From Alloascoidea hylecoeti (lineage: Eukaryota), in the NCBI GenBank assembly GCA_001600815.1, contig BCKZ01000002.1, positions 1,000,294 through 1,064,293 of the forward strand: a stretch of DNA of 64,000 nucleotides. Reading direction: 5' to 3'. The position numbers and the translations under genes were made by a program. Below are positions 32,892-44,092 of this stretch, piece by piece; within the stretch, counting starts at the first letter, position 1; each line of letters opens with the position of its first letter. The notes under the pieces were generated by a model that made no database searches, had not been told where the DNA came from, and saw only the letters and a program-made list of their open reading frames with translations.

Positions 32892-35618
32892 ATGTCAACT
32901 GCTAGTCCCAACATTTCGGGTGAGATATCCATCTGCACTATCAATCAGGAATCTTCAATCCCCGTTTCCAAAAGACGACTAAATTCAGCGTCCATAAAAC
33001 CCAAGAAAAAAAGGAGAGCTTTATCCTGTCAAACATGCCGGAAATTGAAAACAAGATGTGACTGGAAAGATACCCAAAACAAATGTCACCGATGTAATGT
33101 ATTGCGGCTCGACTGTTCCTTGGGTCATGAAAGAATACTCGACGGGTCAGAGAATCAGCCTAGGCCTCCTTATGATCATCAGAATAACTCTACTAAGCTA
33201 GAACTGGACTCTGAATCCACATCTGGGATTAAAGCTCAGCTAAATGCTATGGAACAAAATGTAAATAAGTTACAATCTCAAGTTGGCGACATCTTGGCAA
33301 TCCTTAAAAGCATGAACTGCAACAAAACTACTTATAGTACTAGCACTGGTGCTACCGGTAATACTAATAATAATACTAATAATAATACTAATAATAATAC
33401 TAATAATAATACTAATAATCCTGTCACAACACCCCGTTCTACAGAACCTTCACTACCAAACTCAAATTTGAAAACGATACTAAACAGCTCTCCTCCAATT
33501 ACAAACACATTTAGGAGCTTAAGTCAAAGTAGCTCAAGGCCAATCCTTAATCGTCCGAGCATGACCCACTCGAATTCTCCAAATGCTGTAATGTCTCCAT
33601 CAGTCGCTTCTTCAGCAAATACCCATAGTTATCAGAATTCAGATACTATAATGGGAAATTTTCTTAATTTATATTGTGAAATTTCTCCTCTATCTATCAT
33701 ACATAAACTAGATTATAATCTATTCAAAAGAGTTGATCCTTATGAACCTTTAGATATCGTCTGCCAAGATTTCATCATGTGGTTTGAACAGAATAAACAA
33801 TTAGTATTCGATTTATCTAAATCATTCTTAAAAATTTCACATTTTTGGATTATTCCTGGTGGTATTACTGAAATTGATGAAAATTATGTTACGGCACATC
33901 CATTTATTTCTTGTGTTTATTCCCTTTTAGCGATGAATTTTGACGAAAATTACAAATATGAGAAAGAGCAACAAGAACTATATAACTTCACTACCAGAAT
34001 TCTTGGTGTTAGTGTCGTAACATCAGGTTTAACTGATCACGATATTGAGGCAATATTATATCTATCTTTATATAACTGTGCTAGGAAACCCCAACAGGGT
34101 CAGTTTGATCCATGGCTTCTAACTGGTGTTGGTATAAAGCATCTTATGTTATCATTTGATTTTATGAAAATACAAGATTCTATTTCCAGTCGATATTATG
34201 ATCCTGATCATCTATATGTCTTAAGAATTTTTAATTCAATGTGTGCCTGCCATTTTCAATATGCTTTAGGAAATGGAAGACCAGTTATGATAACGAGAGA
34301 TTATTTTGAATTATACCGTTTAACAGTTGAGTTCCCTGAATCTAGTATAGGTGATATGATTAAATTAAGTGAGCTAGAACTCTACCTTAATGCTTCCACA
34401 CTACTCGATTCTCATAATTTGATAGAATATATTGTTAAAGATAATAAATCATTAACATTTAGCATATTGGCTGATTGGAATAGAAAATGGGCATATCTTT
34501 TTTCAAATGATGAAGGTAACATACTTAATTTTGCATACGATTGGTCCTTATTGATTATTTGCAAAAGGCTTATTACGATTATTTTATCAAGGGTAAATAG
34601 TCCGATCGCGAAAACAGTTTCAAGTTCAAAGCAACTGATTGATGATGATAATGACCTGATTCAAAGGTTAGAAGAGAAAATCAAAACAAGTTCAATTCAA
34701 ATTCTTGAGGGGTTTTTAAAATTACCAAGTAATTTAATCCGAGGATCACCAACTTTCTCCTTAAATCAGATTGTCTATGCTGTTTTATCCTTGTTTGAAA
34801 TAGTTAACACAAAACTCGAAAAGAAATTTACAGAGAAAAGGTTTGAAAGATCTAATATACATCAGCAAACGGATGAAGATCATGCAAAAATAGGTCGATA
34901 CTTGAATCTTATCTCTAAAATTTATTGGCATCTAAATCATGCTGGAGAGAAGAACAACGATGCCACAGATACTGTTGGTAAAATAATCAAGGCACTTATC
35001 GAACAATTCAATAATATTGTGAATGATAAAAATGATCAAATGGAGAGATTATATCTTCATAATACTGAATTCATTCAGCATCGTAGGATGCATATTTTAC
35101 CGATTAATCTTCAAAATCACTTACCCATTTCAAATCAAAAATCTTCTTCCAACTATAGAGTTTCTAATAATACTAATTCATATCAGAATTCAACACTTGG
35201 TTTAACAATTCCAATGAGAACCAATGGATTAACTAATTTAATTACTCCAGCCCAAACACAAGGTCCTTCGAATTCATTAGCATTTATGAACGCTGAACTA
35301 CCTCCTTTGAATTTACCAGAACAACATGTACAACAGTCACGTCATTCATTACCTCCTGTACCGCTTGGTACTCAACCTCCTGTAGCGTTATATTCGCCAA
35401 GTGCAATAGATAGACAAAAGACAGCAACTTTTAACTTTATAGATTCGGAATCCCGTCACATGTCTCCTATTAATCCAGCTGCTCATACCATACCCAACGG
35501 AACAGATCCAGATTCCCATCAATCAGATTTCATGAATAACTTATTAGATCTATCACAATTTGACACTTTCGAAGAGTTTTTCAACAAGATCTTTCAAGAA
35601 GGAATTTATACAAACTGA
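32892..35618 (+). CDS. Zn(II)2Cys6 transcription factor, possibly URC2/YDR520C-like
   Basis: CQTCRKLKTRC..CHRC...C binuclear cluster, coiled coil, (TNNN)5 tract, middle homology region with HFWIIPGG; subfamily call tentative. Confidence 0.85.
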   Translation: MSTASPNISGEISICTINQESSIPVSKRRLNSASIKPKKKRRALSCQTCRKLKTRCDWKDTQNKCHRCNVLRLDCSLGHERILDGSENQPRPPYDHQNNSTKLELDSESTSGIKAQLNAMEQNVNKLQSQVGDILAILKSMNCNKTTYSTSTGATGNTNNNTNNNTNNNTNNNTNNPVTTPRSTEPSLPNSNLKTILNSSPPITNTFRSLSQSSSRPILNRPSMTHSNSPNAVMSPSVASSANTHSYQNSDTIMGNFLNLYCEISPLSIIHKLDYNLFKRVDPYEPLDIVCQDFIMWFEQNKQLVFDLSKSFLKISHFWIIPGGITEIDENYVTAHPFISCVYSLLAMNFDENYKYEKEQQELYNFTTRILGVSVVTSGLTDHDIEAILYLSLYNCARKPQQGQFDPWLLTGVGIKHLMLSFDFMKIQDSISSRYYDPDHLYVLRIFNSMCACHFQYALGNGRPVMITRDYFELYRLTVEFPESSIGDMIKLSELELYLNASTLLDSHNLIEYIVKDNKSLTFSILADWNRKWAYLFSNDEGNILNFAYDWSLLIICKRLITIILSRVNSPIAKTVSSSKQLIDDDNDLIQRLEEKIKTSSIQILEGFLKLPSNLIRGSPTFSLNQIVYAVLSLFEIVNTKLEKKFTEKRFERSNIHQQTDEDHAKIGRYLNLISKIYWHLNHAGEKNNDATDTVGKIIKALIEQFNNIVNDKNDQMERLYLHNTEFIQHRRMHILPINLQNHLPISNQKSSSNYRVSNNTNSYQNSTLGLTIPMRTNGLTNLITPAQTQGPSNSLAFMNAELPPLNLPEQHVQQSRHSLPPVPLGTQPPVALYSPSAIDRQKTATFNFIDSESRHMSPINPAAHTIPNGTDPDSHQSDFMNNLLDLSQFDTFEEFFNKIFQEGIYTN

Positions 35619-35882
35619 TGTAAATAATTCTGTTCAAAGTTATTTTAAATTTATGATTAGAACATGAAGTACAACTCATGATCAAACCTTTTCTTCTCTT
35701 TTCTTTTGTGATTATATATGTATTTTTATGTTATGTAATTATATACTGTGATAATGTTGTTCACTGTTCAGTCTTTAAATATTTTTTACAATTATGTTAT
35801 GATTTAGCTATTAGATATAGTCAATTTTACAAATAGTGCGCGAAAAAAAATATGAATTATTTAGTAAACTGTATTAATTTAT

Positions 35883-36788
35883 CTAGTTGGTAGTACATGT
35901 ATATAGGTTATTGTCTTTGATGTATTTGAAGATATCATTCGGTAATTGTTTTTGACTTTTAGTATCGTTTGATGGTACACCTTCTGTAAACATTTTCCGT
36001 AGGCCTGACGAAGAGACATTTAAAGATTCGGAAGTATTACTGGCGATCTGGATTTTAGAAGCCCAGTCCTTGCAATTGGGAACATCTGGTCCAAGTTCCC
36101 CATTGGCAATGTTGTCAACATACTGTTGCTGCTCCTTCATATATTTGCTTGCCTCTTTATCACCATCATTTCTAGTCAATACAAATATGTTTGTGTTTGC
36201 CATGAAAGAAGCTAGTGATTCGCCAATAGTTTTTGGTAGATAATATTTAGGATCGAAGATTCGAATTAGAGTATCATAACCAACAAGGAAATAGTAGTTA
36301 AGATTCTTAATTAGGGCCAATGATCGAAGGTTTTGTTCCCAGGACCTCAATGCATTGAATTTGTCGATAAATTTAGCATGTTTTGTTAGTCCGAGAATAA
36401 CATCGGTCTGAAGAGTTCTGTTCAGTTCCTTTGCCATTAACTCCATCATTGCCATTCTGTGCGGGAAGGATACAGGAGTGGGGTGTATTTTGTCAGCATT
36501 GTTTACCGATAGCAATAAAAGGATGATTGAGCTGTTGGGAGTAGTTTTATAATGCTTGACAGAAGTAGTTATCAAAGATTTATGGCCATTGTGAGGTGGA
36601 TTGTACGAAGAGTCCAGGACGAAAAGATTGGTCTTTGAGCTTGAATGAAGTAGATCATTTAAATTTGGTGCTGGTGAATATGGATGATGATGTGTTACAC
36701 AGCTTATAACAGAATGAAAAACCTGAAAATTAGACTTCGAACTCAAGAAATGGTCTAAGAAGATCTTGTCTCTTGACATATTAGTCAT
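35883..36788 (-). CDS. POF1: Nicotinamide-nucleotide adenylyltransferase (cytidylyltransferase family)
   Basis: LDSSYNPPHNGH, LLLSVNNADK, VGYDTLIRIFDPKYY, VSSS motifs. Confidence 0.9.
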   Translation of the reverse strand: MTNMSRDKIFLDHFLSSKSNFQVFHSVISCVTHHHPYSPAPNLNDLLHSSSKTNLFVLDSSYNPPHNGHKSLITTSVKHYKTTPNSSIILLLLSVNNADKIHPTPVSFPHRMAMMELMAKELNRTLQTDVILGLTKHAKFIDKFNALRSWEQNLRSLALIKNLNYYFLVGYDTLIRIFDPKYYLPKTIGESLASFMANTNIFVLTRNDGDKEASKYMKEQQQYVDNIANGELGPDVPNCKDWASKIQIASNTSESLNVSSSGLRKMFTEGVPSNDTKSQKQLPNDIFKYIKDNNLYTCTTN

Positions 36789-36948
36789 GTCGATGGTTTG
36801 TTTATAGATGGCTATCTATAAATTTAAAGGAGTAATATAGTTTGTGAAAATAACTATTTTGTATCAGATGAATATAATATATTTAGGGAACTATTATGGT
36901 CACACAGAAAGTATACATATATGAGATTATATATAGTCTAAACTAACT

Positions 36949-37655
36949 TTACAATTCATCCTTTTCCGCTGATTCTTCAATTGGTGGAGTGTAACCAGCA
37001 ATCCCAGTAAGTTCAGTTGTGAATATCAAAGTGGCATCGGGAGGAATGACACCACCGGCTCCACTGGATCCTATATCATAAAAAGTGTTGGTTAGTATTG
37101 TAACAATTATGACTGTATCATATATATATATATATCACATACCATAGGCCAATTGTGATGGAATGGTTAATTTTCTCTTTTCTCCGATACACATTCTATA
37201 ACTTTAGTCAGCTTCAACGTTCATCGTGCTCACCAGTTGTTATGTTAATTTTTCATTAACTCACCCAAGAATTCCCTGGTCCCAACCCTGAATAACTTGA
37301 CCAGTGCCTAGTGTGAATTCAAGTGGATCTCTTCCCAATGAAGAATCGAAAACAGTGCCATCAAGCAAGGAGCCAGTATAGTGGACATTAATAACATCAC
37401 CACGTCTGGCCTTGCGGAGACATTTTTCGGCAGGAATCTTATGTGTGATTCCTAAATGAATTAATAATAACGGTTAGACATATGTATTGATAAATGATTC
37501 GCTTCCTTCGAGTTCACTCTTTCGATATAAAATATCTCAAATTCACTTGGTAGGAATATACACATACCAATTTGCAGTTTCTCTTCAGCAGCGACAAACA
37601 CTGTCAATGCTAAAAAGGTGAATAAACAAACCAATTGTCTTAATTGAAACATCAT
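36949..37655 (-). CDS. FPR2: ER FK506-binding peptidyl-prolyl isomerase, 4 exons
   Basis: Exons 37655-37568, 37451-37265, 37195-37143, 37070-36949; donors GTATGT/GTGAGT/GTATGT, TAG acceptors; protein has signal peptide, [50 protein letters not shown], ends KDEL. Confidence 0.93.
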
Positions 37656-37842
37656 TTGGTGTGTAGACGTATAAGAAAAGTAGAGAAAAATGGGGAAAAA
37701 CAATTTTTAGGTGTTCAGTGCTCACTGGATTAATTGGCCACATCATGGTTACGTGCACATTATTAAGTTCTAGGTTAGCTACATCTATGTTATTATGATA
37801 GATTGCAATTTTTACAGAAAGATTTTATAATATACTAATTTT

Positions 37843-40647
37843 TCATGACTTATCTTCAATAATCCAGGCAGATTGCAATTTTCGGCTTTTAACCATTGGC
37901 GTTGAAACTACAACTCCAATTGCTAATGCAAGAATAGTCAATATTAATTTCAATTTCCCAAAACTTTCACCAAGTACGTCAAAAGGCAAAGAAGGGGTGA
38001 CTCTACTTCCAAACACATCATTTGCATAGCTTATTATGACAGACGTTGATTCAAGATCGGTTGGAATGGCTAACACCTTATGTTCTCCAGAATTTCCAAT
38101 AATGATTTGTCTTTGGTGGGAAATAACTGCTTGTGGGTCAATTCCTAATATTGACTCATATGGAATTAATCCTTCTTCTGTTTCTTTTTGACTAAGCTTT
38201 CTCGATTCTCCAGTTCTTGGATCCTTAAGATCCGGACGTCTGGCATCTAATATTCTCTTTGGAACCAATACTATTTGTCCTGTAGATAATGTAACTAATA
38301 CTCCTCTTGAAGTGACTCCGAATTTTGTGCGTGTTACACCAAGCGAAACAATGTCAGCAGGTGCGTAATAAGCTTGTTGAATAACGTGTGGTAAAGGATA
38401 TCCGTTGGCAGAAGACACAATTTCATCTTGTTTGCTATATCTAACATTCGGGGTGGTTGATTCATATAAGTCTAGAACAACCACTTTTGATCCAATCGCT
38501 GGTAAGTCACTAAAATATGTATAAACAACCCAGTGTTCACCAAATAATATATTCACCTTCTTTGATGGATCTACCAATTCATCACTATGTAAAGTATGAT
38601 ATAAAACTCTGCCTGTCACAGAATCCAAGATATAAACAGCTAAAGAAAATGTTTTTTCATTTACAACAGCCAAAGATATCAAATTTGGATACAAATATTT
38701 GTACAAGACAGTTCTGTCGCCCAAAACTTTAGCAATTGAAGCGCTGATATCTCGTTGGTCTTTAGAAGAAACTGCAACAATTTTTTCGTCTTCCGAAACC
38801 TCGAAAGACCAAGTATTGCTTGTACCTGATAATGTATATCTGATTCCCTCTAATAATTTATCTGAAGTCAAATGATAGAAGTAAGCAATATTCTTAGATT
38901 CAGATGATGGGGAGACAACAACAAGTTCATTGTCTTCAGTCCAAGCAGCAATACCGATAGAAGGGTCATTAATAGTCCTGACAAATTGTTTAGAGAAGTT
39001 TGTATTATCAACAACCTCCCCACTCAAGCCATTAATTTTTTCTACTTCACCCGTGGTAGCAATGACATAAACATAATTTCCATCCTTTGTGGCTAAAGAT
39101 TCAACACCAACAATATCAAAATTCACGTTTAACGTCCATATAATATTTCCTTGGGAATTAGTATCAAGTGCCAAAATTTTACGTTTAGAAGTAGCAGTAA
39201 TAAAAATCTTCTTGAACCCAAAAAATTCATTTTTGCTCTGGCTGGTCTTTAGATTATCGGTGTAAATATCTTGAACAAATGTAGGAATACTAGAAATAAA
39301 ATCTTGTATCAGATTGAAATGCTTTGTTAGCCTATACTTATATGAACTTGCTAAGGATGCAGTTTCTTCAAAATCAAACTCTTCTTCAGATAATCCGGAA
39401 TCTATTTCCTTATAGTCAATAATGGTGCTGGAGATTATATTTGATAAACTCTCTTCCTTTTTCCATACTTCTTTCTCATTTGATATAAATGATATAACAC
39501 CATCCTCAAATTGTGCCAATATAGACAACTTTGTACCAACTTGATCATCACCGATCAATTCTTGAACATTATTTACAACGATATAATTGGCGACCCCATT
39601 GTAATTAGAATAATAAGATTTTGCATCGATGAAGTCACTTTTAGATGTAGTTGAAAATACTTTGATCAGATTCTCTGCAATGGTAACATAATAGTCGTCA
39701 AACGTACCAACAGAGAAATGGCGAGTTATAGGTATATCAAAGGAGTAGTTAATTGCAAATTCTGTCACATCATAAATATAAGCCCATGAGCTTACACCCT
39801 GATCAAAAACCAATCCGATTGTTGTCTCTGTACTTATTAAAGTAACATTGTCAAACTCTTCTTTAACTTCGGCCTGTGTGGTAGTTAGAACTCTGCCTTC
39901 ATCATCTAACAAAAAAAGTTTGATTTTACTGGACTCATTGATAGCAATAGTTTTTGTTGATCGGGAAGTTCCTACAATGTTTCCTCTTCCTAAAGTCTTT
40001 TGTGACGACACCTCACCATTCGAAGCATCTAAAGATATCAGTTTTAATTTATTTCCAGCAGCTTCATAAATAACACTAACAACATAATCATTTATCAATT
40101 CAATTATAGAAGCTGAATCAACATGTGAACTGTCTAATTGGTAGGTCCACTTGGCTTTGCCATTGGAGCTATTATATTTAATAATTTGCCCGTCTTCAAG
40201 GACAATCACAACGTTTGAATCGCTCAAAACATGTAGATCAACAATTTTTCCAGTATCTGTGTTACTCCAAACTAATGTTCCGTTTCCACGATTTCTCAAT
40301 TGAACAGTGTGTTTTCCAGAGATGTCTGTTAATCCTAAAATAACTCTTTCTACTGTACCTTCAGGAGTTTCAATAGCTCTAAGAACTCCGGAATCAATAT
40401 TTTGAAAAAACTGTCTCCAAATAACTTCACCGGTTCTCTTGTCTATTGTAGATAGGATATTTGTTTCACTAAACAATGTAAATTGACCTTTAGTTTTGAT
40501 TATATTTCCACTGTGAGGTATGACGTTTCCGATCTGTGCTTTGTGCCAATCCACCACGTATGCCTCATCTTTAAAGACAGCATTAACAGAAGCCATCACG
40601 AAAAATATGAAGCCAACAAAACAACATAGGGATTTAGTCTGACGCAT
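37843..40647 (-). CDS. EMC1: ER membrane protein complex subunit 1
   Basis: Signal peptide, AVFKDEAYVVDW, PQQ-like repeats, KVLGDRTVLYKYLYPN, LESTS, RVTPSLPFDVL, C-terminal TM. Confidence 0.95.
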   Translation of the reverse strand: MRQTKSLCCFVGFIFFVMASVNAVFKDEAYVVDWHKAQIGNVIPHSGNIIKTKGQFTLFSETNILSTIDKRTGEVIWRQFFQNIDSGVLRAIETPEGTVERVILGLTDISGKHTVQLRNRGNGTLVWSNTDTGKIVDLHVLSDSNVVIVLEDGQIIKYNSSNGKAKWTYQLDSSHVDSASIIELINDYVVSVIYEAAGNKLKLISLDASNGEVSSQKTLGRGNIVGTSRSTKTIAINESSKIKLFLLDDEGRVLTTTQAEVKEEFDNVTLISTETTIGLVFDQGVSSWAYIYDVTEFAINYSFDIPITRHFSVGTFDDYYVTIAENLIKVFSTTSKSDFIDAKSYYSNYNGVANYIVVNNVQELIGDDQVGTKLSILAQFEDGVISFISNEKEVWKKEESLSNIISSTIIDYKEIDSGLSEEEFDFEETASLASSYKYRLTKHFNLIQDFISSIPTFVQDIYTDNLKTSQSKNEFFGFKKIFITATSKRKILALDTNSQGNIIWTLNVNFDIVGVESLATKDGNYVYVIATTGEVEKINGLSGEVVDNTNFSKQFVRTINDPSIGIAAWTEDNELVVVSPSSESKNIAYFYHLTSDKLLEGIRYTLSGTSNTWSFEVSEDEKIVAVSSKDQRDISASIAKVLGDRTVLYKYLYPNLISLAVVNEKTFSLAVYILDSVTGRVLYHTLHSDELVDPSKKVNILFGEHWVVYTYFSDLPAIGSKVVVLDLYESTTPNVRYSKQDEIVSSANGYPLPHVIQQAYYAPADIVSLGVTRTKFGVTSRGVLVTLSTGQIVLVPKRILDARRPDLKDPRTGESRKLSQKETEEGLIPYESILGIDPQAVISHQRQIIIGNSGEHKVLAIPTDLESTSVIISYANDVFGSRVTPSLPFDVLGESFGKLKLILTILALAIGVVVSTPMVKSRKLQSAWIIEDKS

Positions 40648-40829
40648 TCTAAAGGCAATATGGGACAGGTTTTAAGGAAAAGATGGAATATAAGATTTAT
40701 ATCAATCACGTGATGGGGTATTACCCGGTCCTCTGTGATCCTTATAGCAAGAATATTGTCCAAATACATACAAACTCGATTATAAGTGTGTTTGTAGTTA
40801 CGAAAACTGCAGATTCCTGATAGACGGGT

Positions 40830-41085
40830 CAACCCAAAGATGATTCGTTGAAGCCAAAAAGATATTTTAGGCTTTCAAAGTCAAACCCCGTGGAAGGAGG
40901 CCAATAAATAAACCTTGTTGGTCCACATGGTCTGGTCGTGCAACAGTCCCCAGCTATAATGCCGAAACGTATCTCACCTCGTCGAAAACTTTGGCAAAGA
41001 TTTCAGAAGCAAGATAATGGTCCTCCTATTCAAAAAGCTGATGTTATAATGTTGTGCTTTTAAGAGGGAATTGAAGTGATGAATA
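40830..41085 (+). mobile_element. Degenerate Tc1/mariner transposase relic
   Basis: HMVWSC at 40924 (cf. MVWGC), YNAETY, KQDNGP, KADVIMLCF*, GIEVM; DNA homology with 15340-15470. Confidence 0.7.
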
Positions 41086-41681
41086 TTTTGTCATGATCAA
41101 GTTAGGATTGAGAAGGTGAAAAGAACCAACCCTTATAAAACTATGGGAAACAGAGAAAACAAGAATGATGAGAATATATTAGAAGGTCTCTCAACAGTAT
41201 AGAGTCTACTATGACCCAACTCTCTACTCTTATATTATAAGCCGTTGATATTCCTTTTAATATTCAGTAAATGACATAATTAGAGGATACCTGGACCTTT
41301 AATTTCATCTCTACAAAGTATTTTCCTACTCTAATAAAATTTATCCAAACCGTGACAGAGTTAATAATATCTAAGAGATTATGCTATTTGGGCGTATTTA
41401 CACAATATTCTTGCTCCTACATTGTTAACGTTAACTTCATATAAAATACAAAGTATTTTATCATTAACAATTAGTTACAACAAGTAATTATAAACACTTC
41501 TTAAAATATAACAAAAACATCTTAAAAATATACATAGTTATATATTTAAATCAAAAGTCTCAAAAACATAAAGGAATACACAAAAAGAAATTTAAAAATA
41601 ATAGTACTATCCTGGAAATATAATTTAATCCAAAAGAAAAAGAAAAGTAGATTTAGGGAAAACAAGAGTAACTCATTGAAT

Positions 41682-43786
41682 TTATAGTCCCAAAGCCATT
41701 AAACTACCAATGAATGTAAGGATAAGTCTACTCCTAACTTCATTAATATCTTCTGGAACCAACCAAATAAGAGCTCCCAGTTTTCTTGCAATCGAAATGG
41801 CCAATCTTGCATTAGCATATCTCTCTTCTTCTGTGTTACCTGAATGCACAATATCATAATCAACATAACCAGGCTTTAGTCCGTTTAAAACATCCAATAA
41901 AAAGATACCAGTTGACAATGATGAATCTTTGAAGCTACGGACGGATCCAGATTTACCACCTTTTCTGGCCTTTTCTTGTGCCCAGCGTAACATATCAGAA
42001 TCCGATAATTCTCTACCACCTTTTGATAACGATTTTAATGTTATAACAATGTTTCGACGCATTAATTGCCAGACTAGACCAAGAGTTAATATCTTTGTAC
42101 CATCTGTAATATCTGCACCTTCAATACCAACAAGTGAAAATCTATTTTCTATACCAAGGGAAACGGCATAGTTTGTATTTTCAATGGCTTTGAAACGAGA
42201 TACTTCTCTTCCATCTGCTGGCCTTTTATTGACATGTCGATAATTAACAACACCTGGGATAACCTTATCATAAGCCTGTAACAAAATGGTACCATCTCTT
42301 AGATCATCAAATAGGTTAACAACTGGTGGATCGACATCTAAACTATTCAACCATAAAGTGAAAACTCTAGCTTCTCTTTCTCCTTCAGCATCAAATTCTT
42401 CAATTTCAGGAACCTCTGTTTCATCAATTGGATCAAGACCTGGCCATGTATTAAACAAATGAGCAACAAAAGCCAAATTTAACTTGGGATTACCAGAAAC
42501 CAAGGAAGTTGGTGAAAGATATTTACGACATCCAATTTTGTCTGCATTATCTAAAACCTGTTCAGCTCTTGTTAATAAATCTTGAGTTTTTAGAGGGGAT
42601 CTTGAGCATTGTTCTGGTTTCAATTGATTTAATAAGATCGTATAATTTTCACCATCGGAAACATCTTTGGAGAAATTATTAACTCTTCTTGGCCAATTTG
42701 CAGCCTTTAAATGATAATTAAACCATCTTAATAATATTTTTTCAGGTGATAATCTTAGAAATTGATCCAAAGTTTCATCATCTTCTAATAGTCTGTATAA
42801 TTCAGGATGTAATTTGATATCAATTTTACTTAACAGACCCCTTCTGATAATTTGCCAAATTAAACCAAGAATCAGATGCTCTTTACCATCAATGATATCT
42901 TCGGAATGGACATTAACGACAACACAACCGATTGCTTTTGCAGAGTTGATGACGATATTTGCATTTTCAGAGATTTTAAAATTATTTAATGGTTTGCCAT
43001 TCTTTGATAAATTTAAAACACGGGTATCAATAGTATCAGGTACCGAATCATTGATTAAAGCAGATAATACCAAACCATCTCGACATTCATCAAAGATTTG
43101 GAAAGTATCAGTTGGAAATGGTAGCCTGTTACCAACGTGTAAATCGCCACTTAAAACCGTATTGATATGTCTTGTGAATTCAGCCCGTTCTTCATCATTG
43201 ATGGTATGCGTAGTACCAGAAGTAGCCCCTGACACAATAATCTTTCTATGTTTAGCAACACCGGAATGCTGAAGGGTTGGATTGCTAGAGATGGGCGTGG
43301 TGGGGAGTTGGGATCCCCCATTTGAGGTGGTTTCTCTAAGTTTGGCGATCAACTATTTACAAGGTTTTGTTAATATAATATTTTAATAGTAAAATTATTG
43401 AAGATGGGGAGCATACCTCGACATAATCGTCCACTTCGACTCTTCCACTGGCATCGACATCGACGGCTTTTAATGTCTGTCGGACGTCGTCGTAGGAACC
43501 TTCACCGGATTCTGCAATTGCAGTGACGACTGTTTGCTTGTCAACGTACCCGTTATCCTCGAGATCAATTTTTCTGTAAAAAAAAGGTTAGTTCACTGGA
43601 AAGAGAAGAAACATGTTATTTCAACATACCTGAAGTTGTCAATTAGGCTGAAAACGTCTTCTTGGGAGAGGTTTGGGAACTTCCTCTAAATGTGGCAATT
43701 TTAGTAAAAAAAAAAAAAAGGTTCATTCACTCATTATAATAATGTTACTAAAAACAATCACTTACGGTGAGTCTTAGAATATTCAT
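41682..43786 (-). CDS. SAC6: Fimbrin, 4 exons
   Basis: Exons 43786-43766, 43685-43630, 43573-43417, 43352-41682 (donors GTAAGT, GTATGT, GTATGC); MNILRLTRKFPNLSQED EF-hand region followed by four CH domains. Confidence 0.96.
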
Positions 43787-43960
43787 TTTTATAAAGCTTA
43801 AGGGTTACAATACCAATTGTTTTAAATGAAATAAGGAAAAGGAAAGGAGGTTTGAAAAAAAACTTTATATTATTGCTATATGGCGAAGTAAAAGTGACTT
43901 TATATCGAAACACAAACACAAACACACAAAAAAACAAACCATGGGCAATCATCCTAACAA

Positions 43961-44003
43961 AACCAAATTTAACCCAAATTTAACCCAAATTTAACCCCAA
44001 TTT
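43961..44003. repeat. Short 11-bp tandem repeat (TTTAACCCAAA) x~4
   Basis: aaccaaatttaacccaaatttaacccaaatttaaccccaattt upstream of SAC6. Confidence 0.8.
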
Positions 44004-44092
44004 AAATAAAACCGTTAATTATTTATCCGTTAAACATAAATGTAATATATAGCAAATATAATAATACAATGATACAATCCATAAAATATCAA

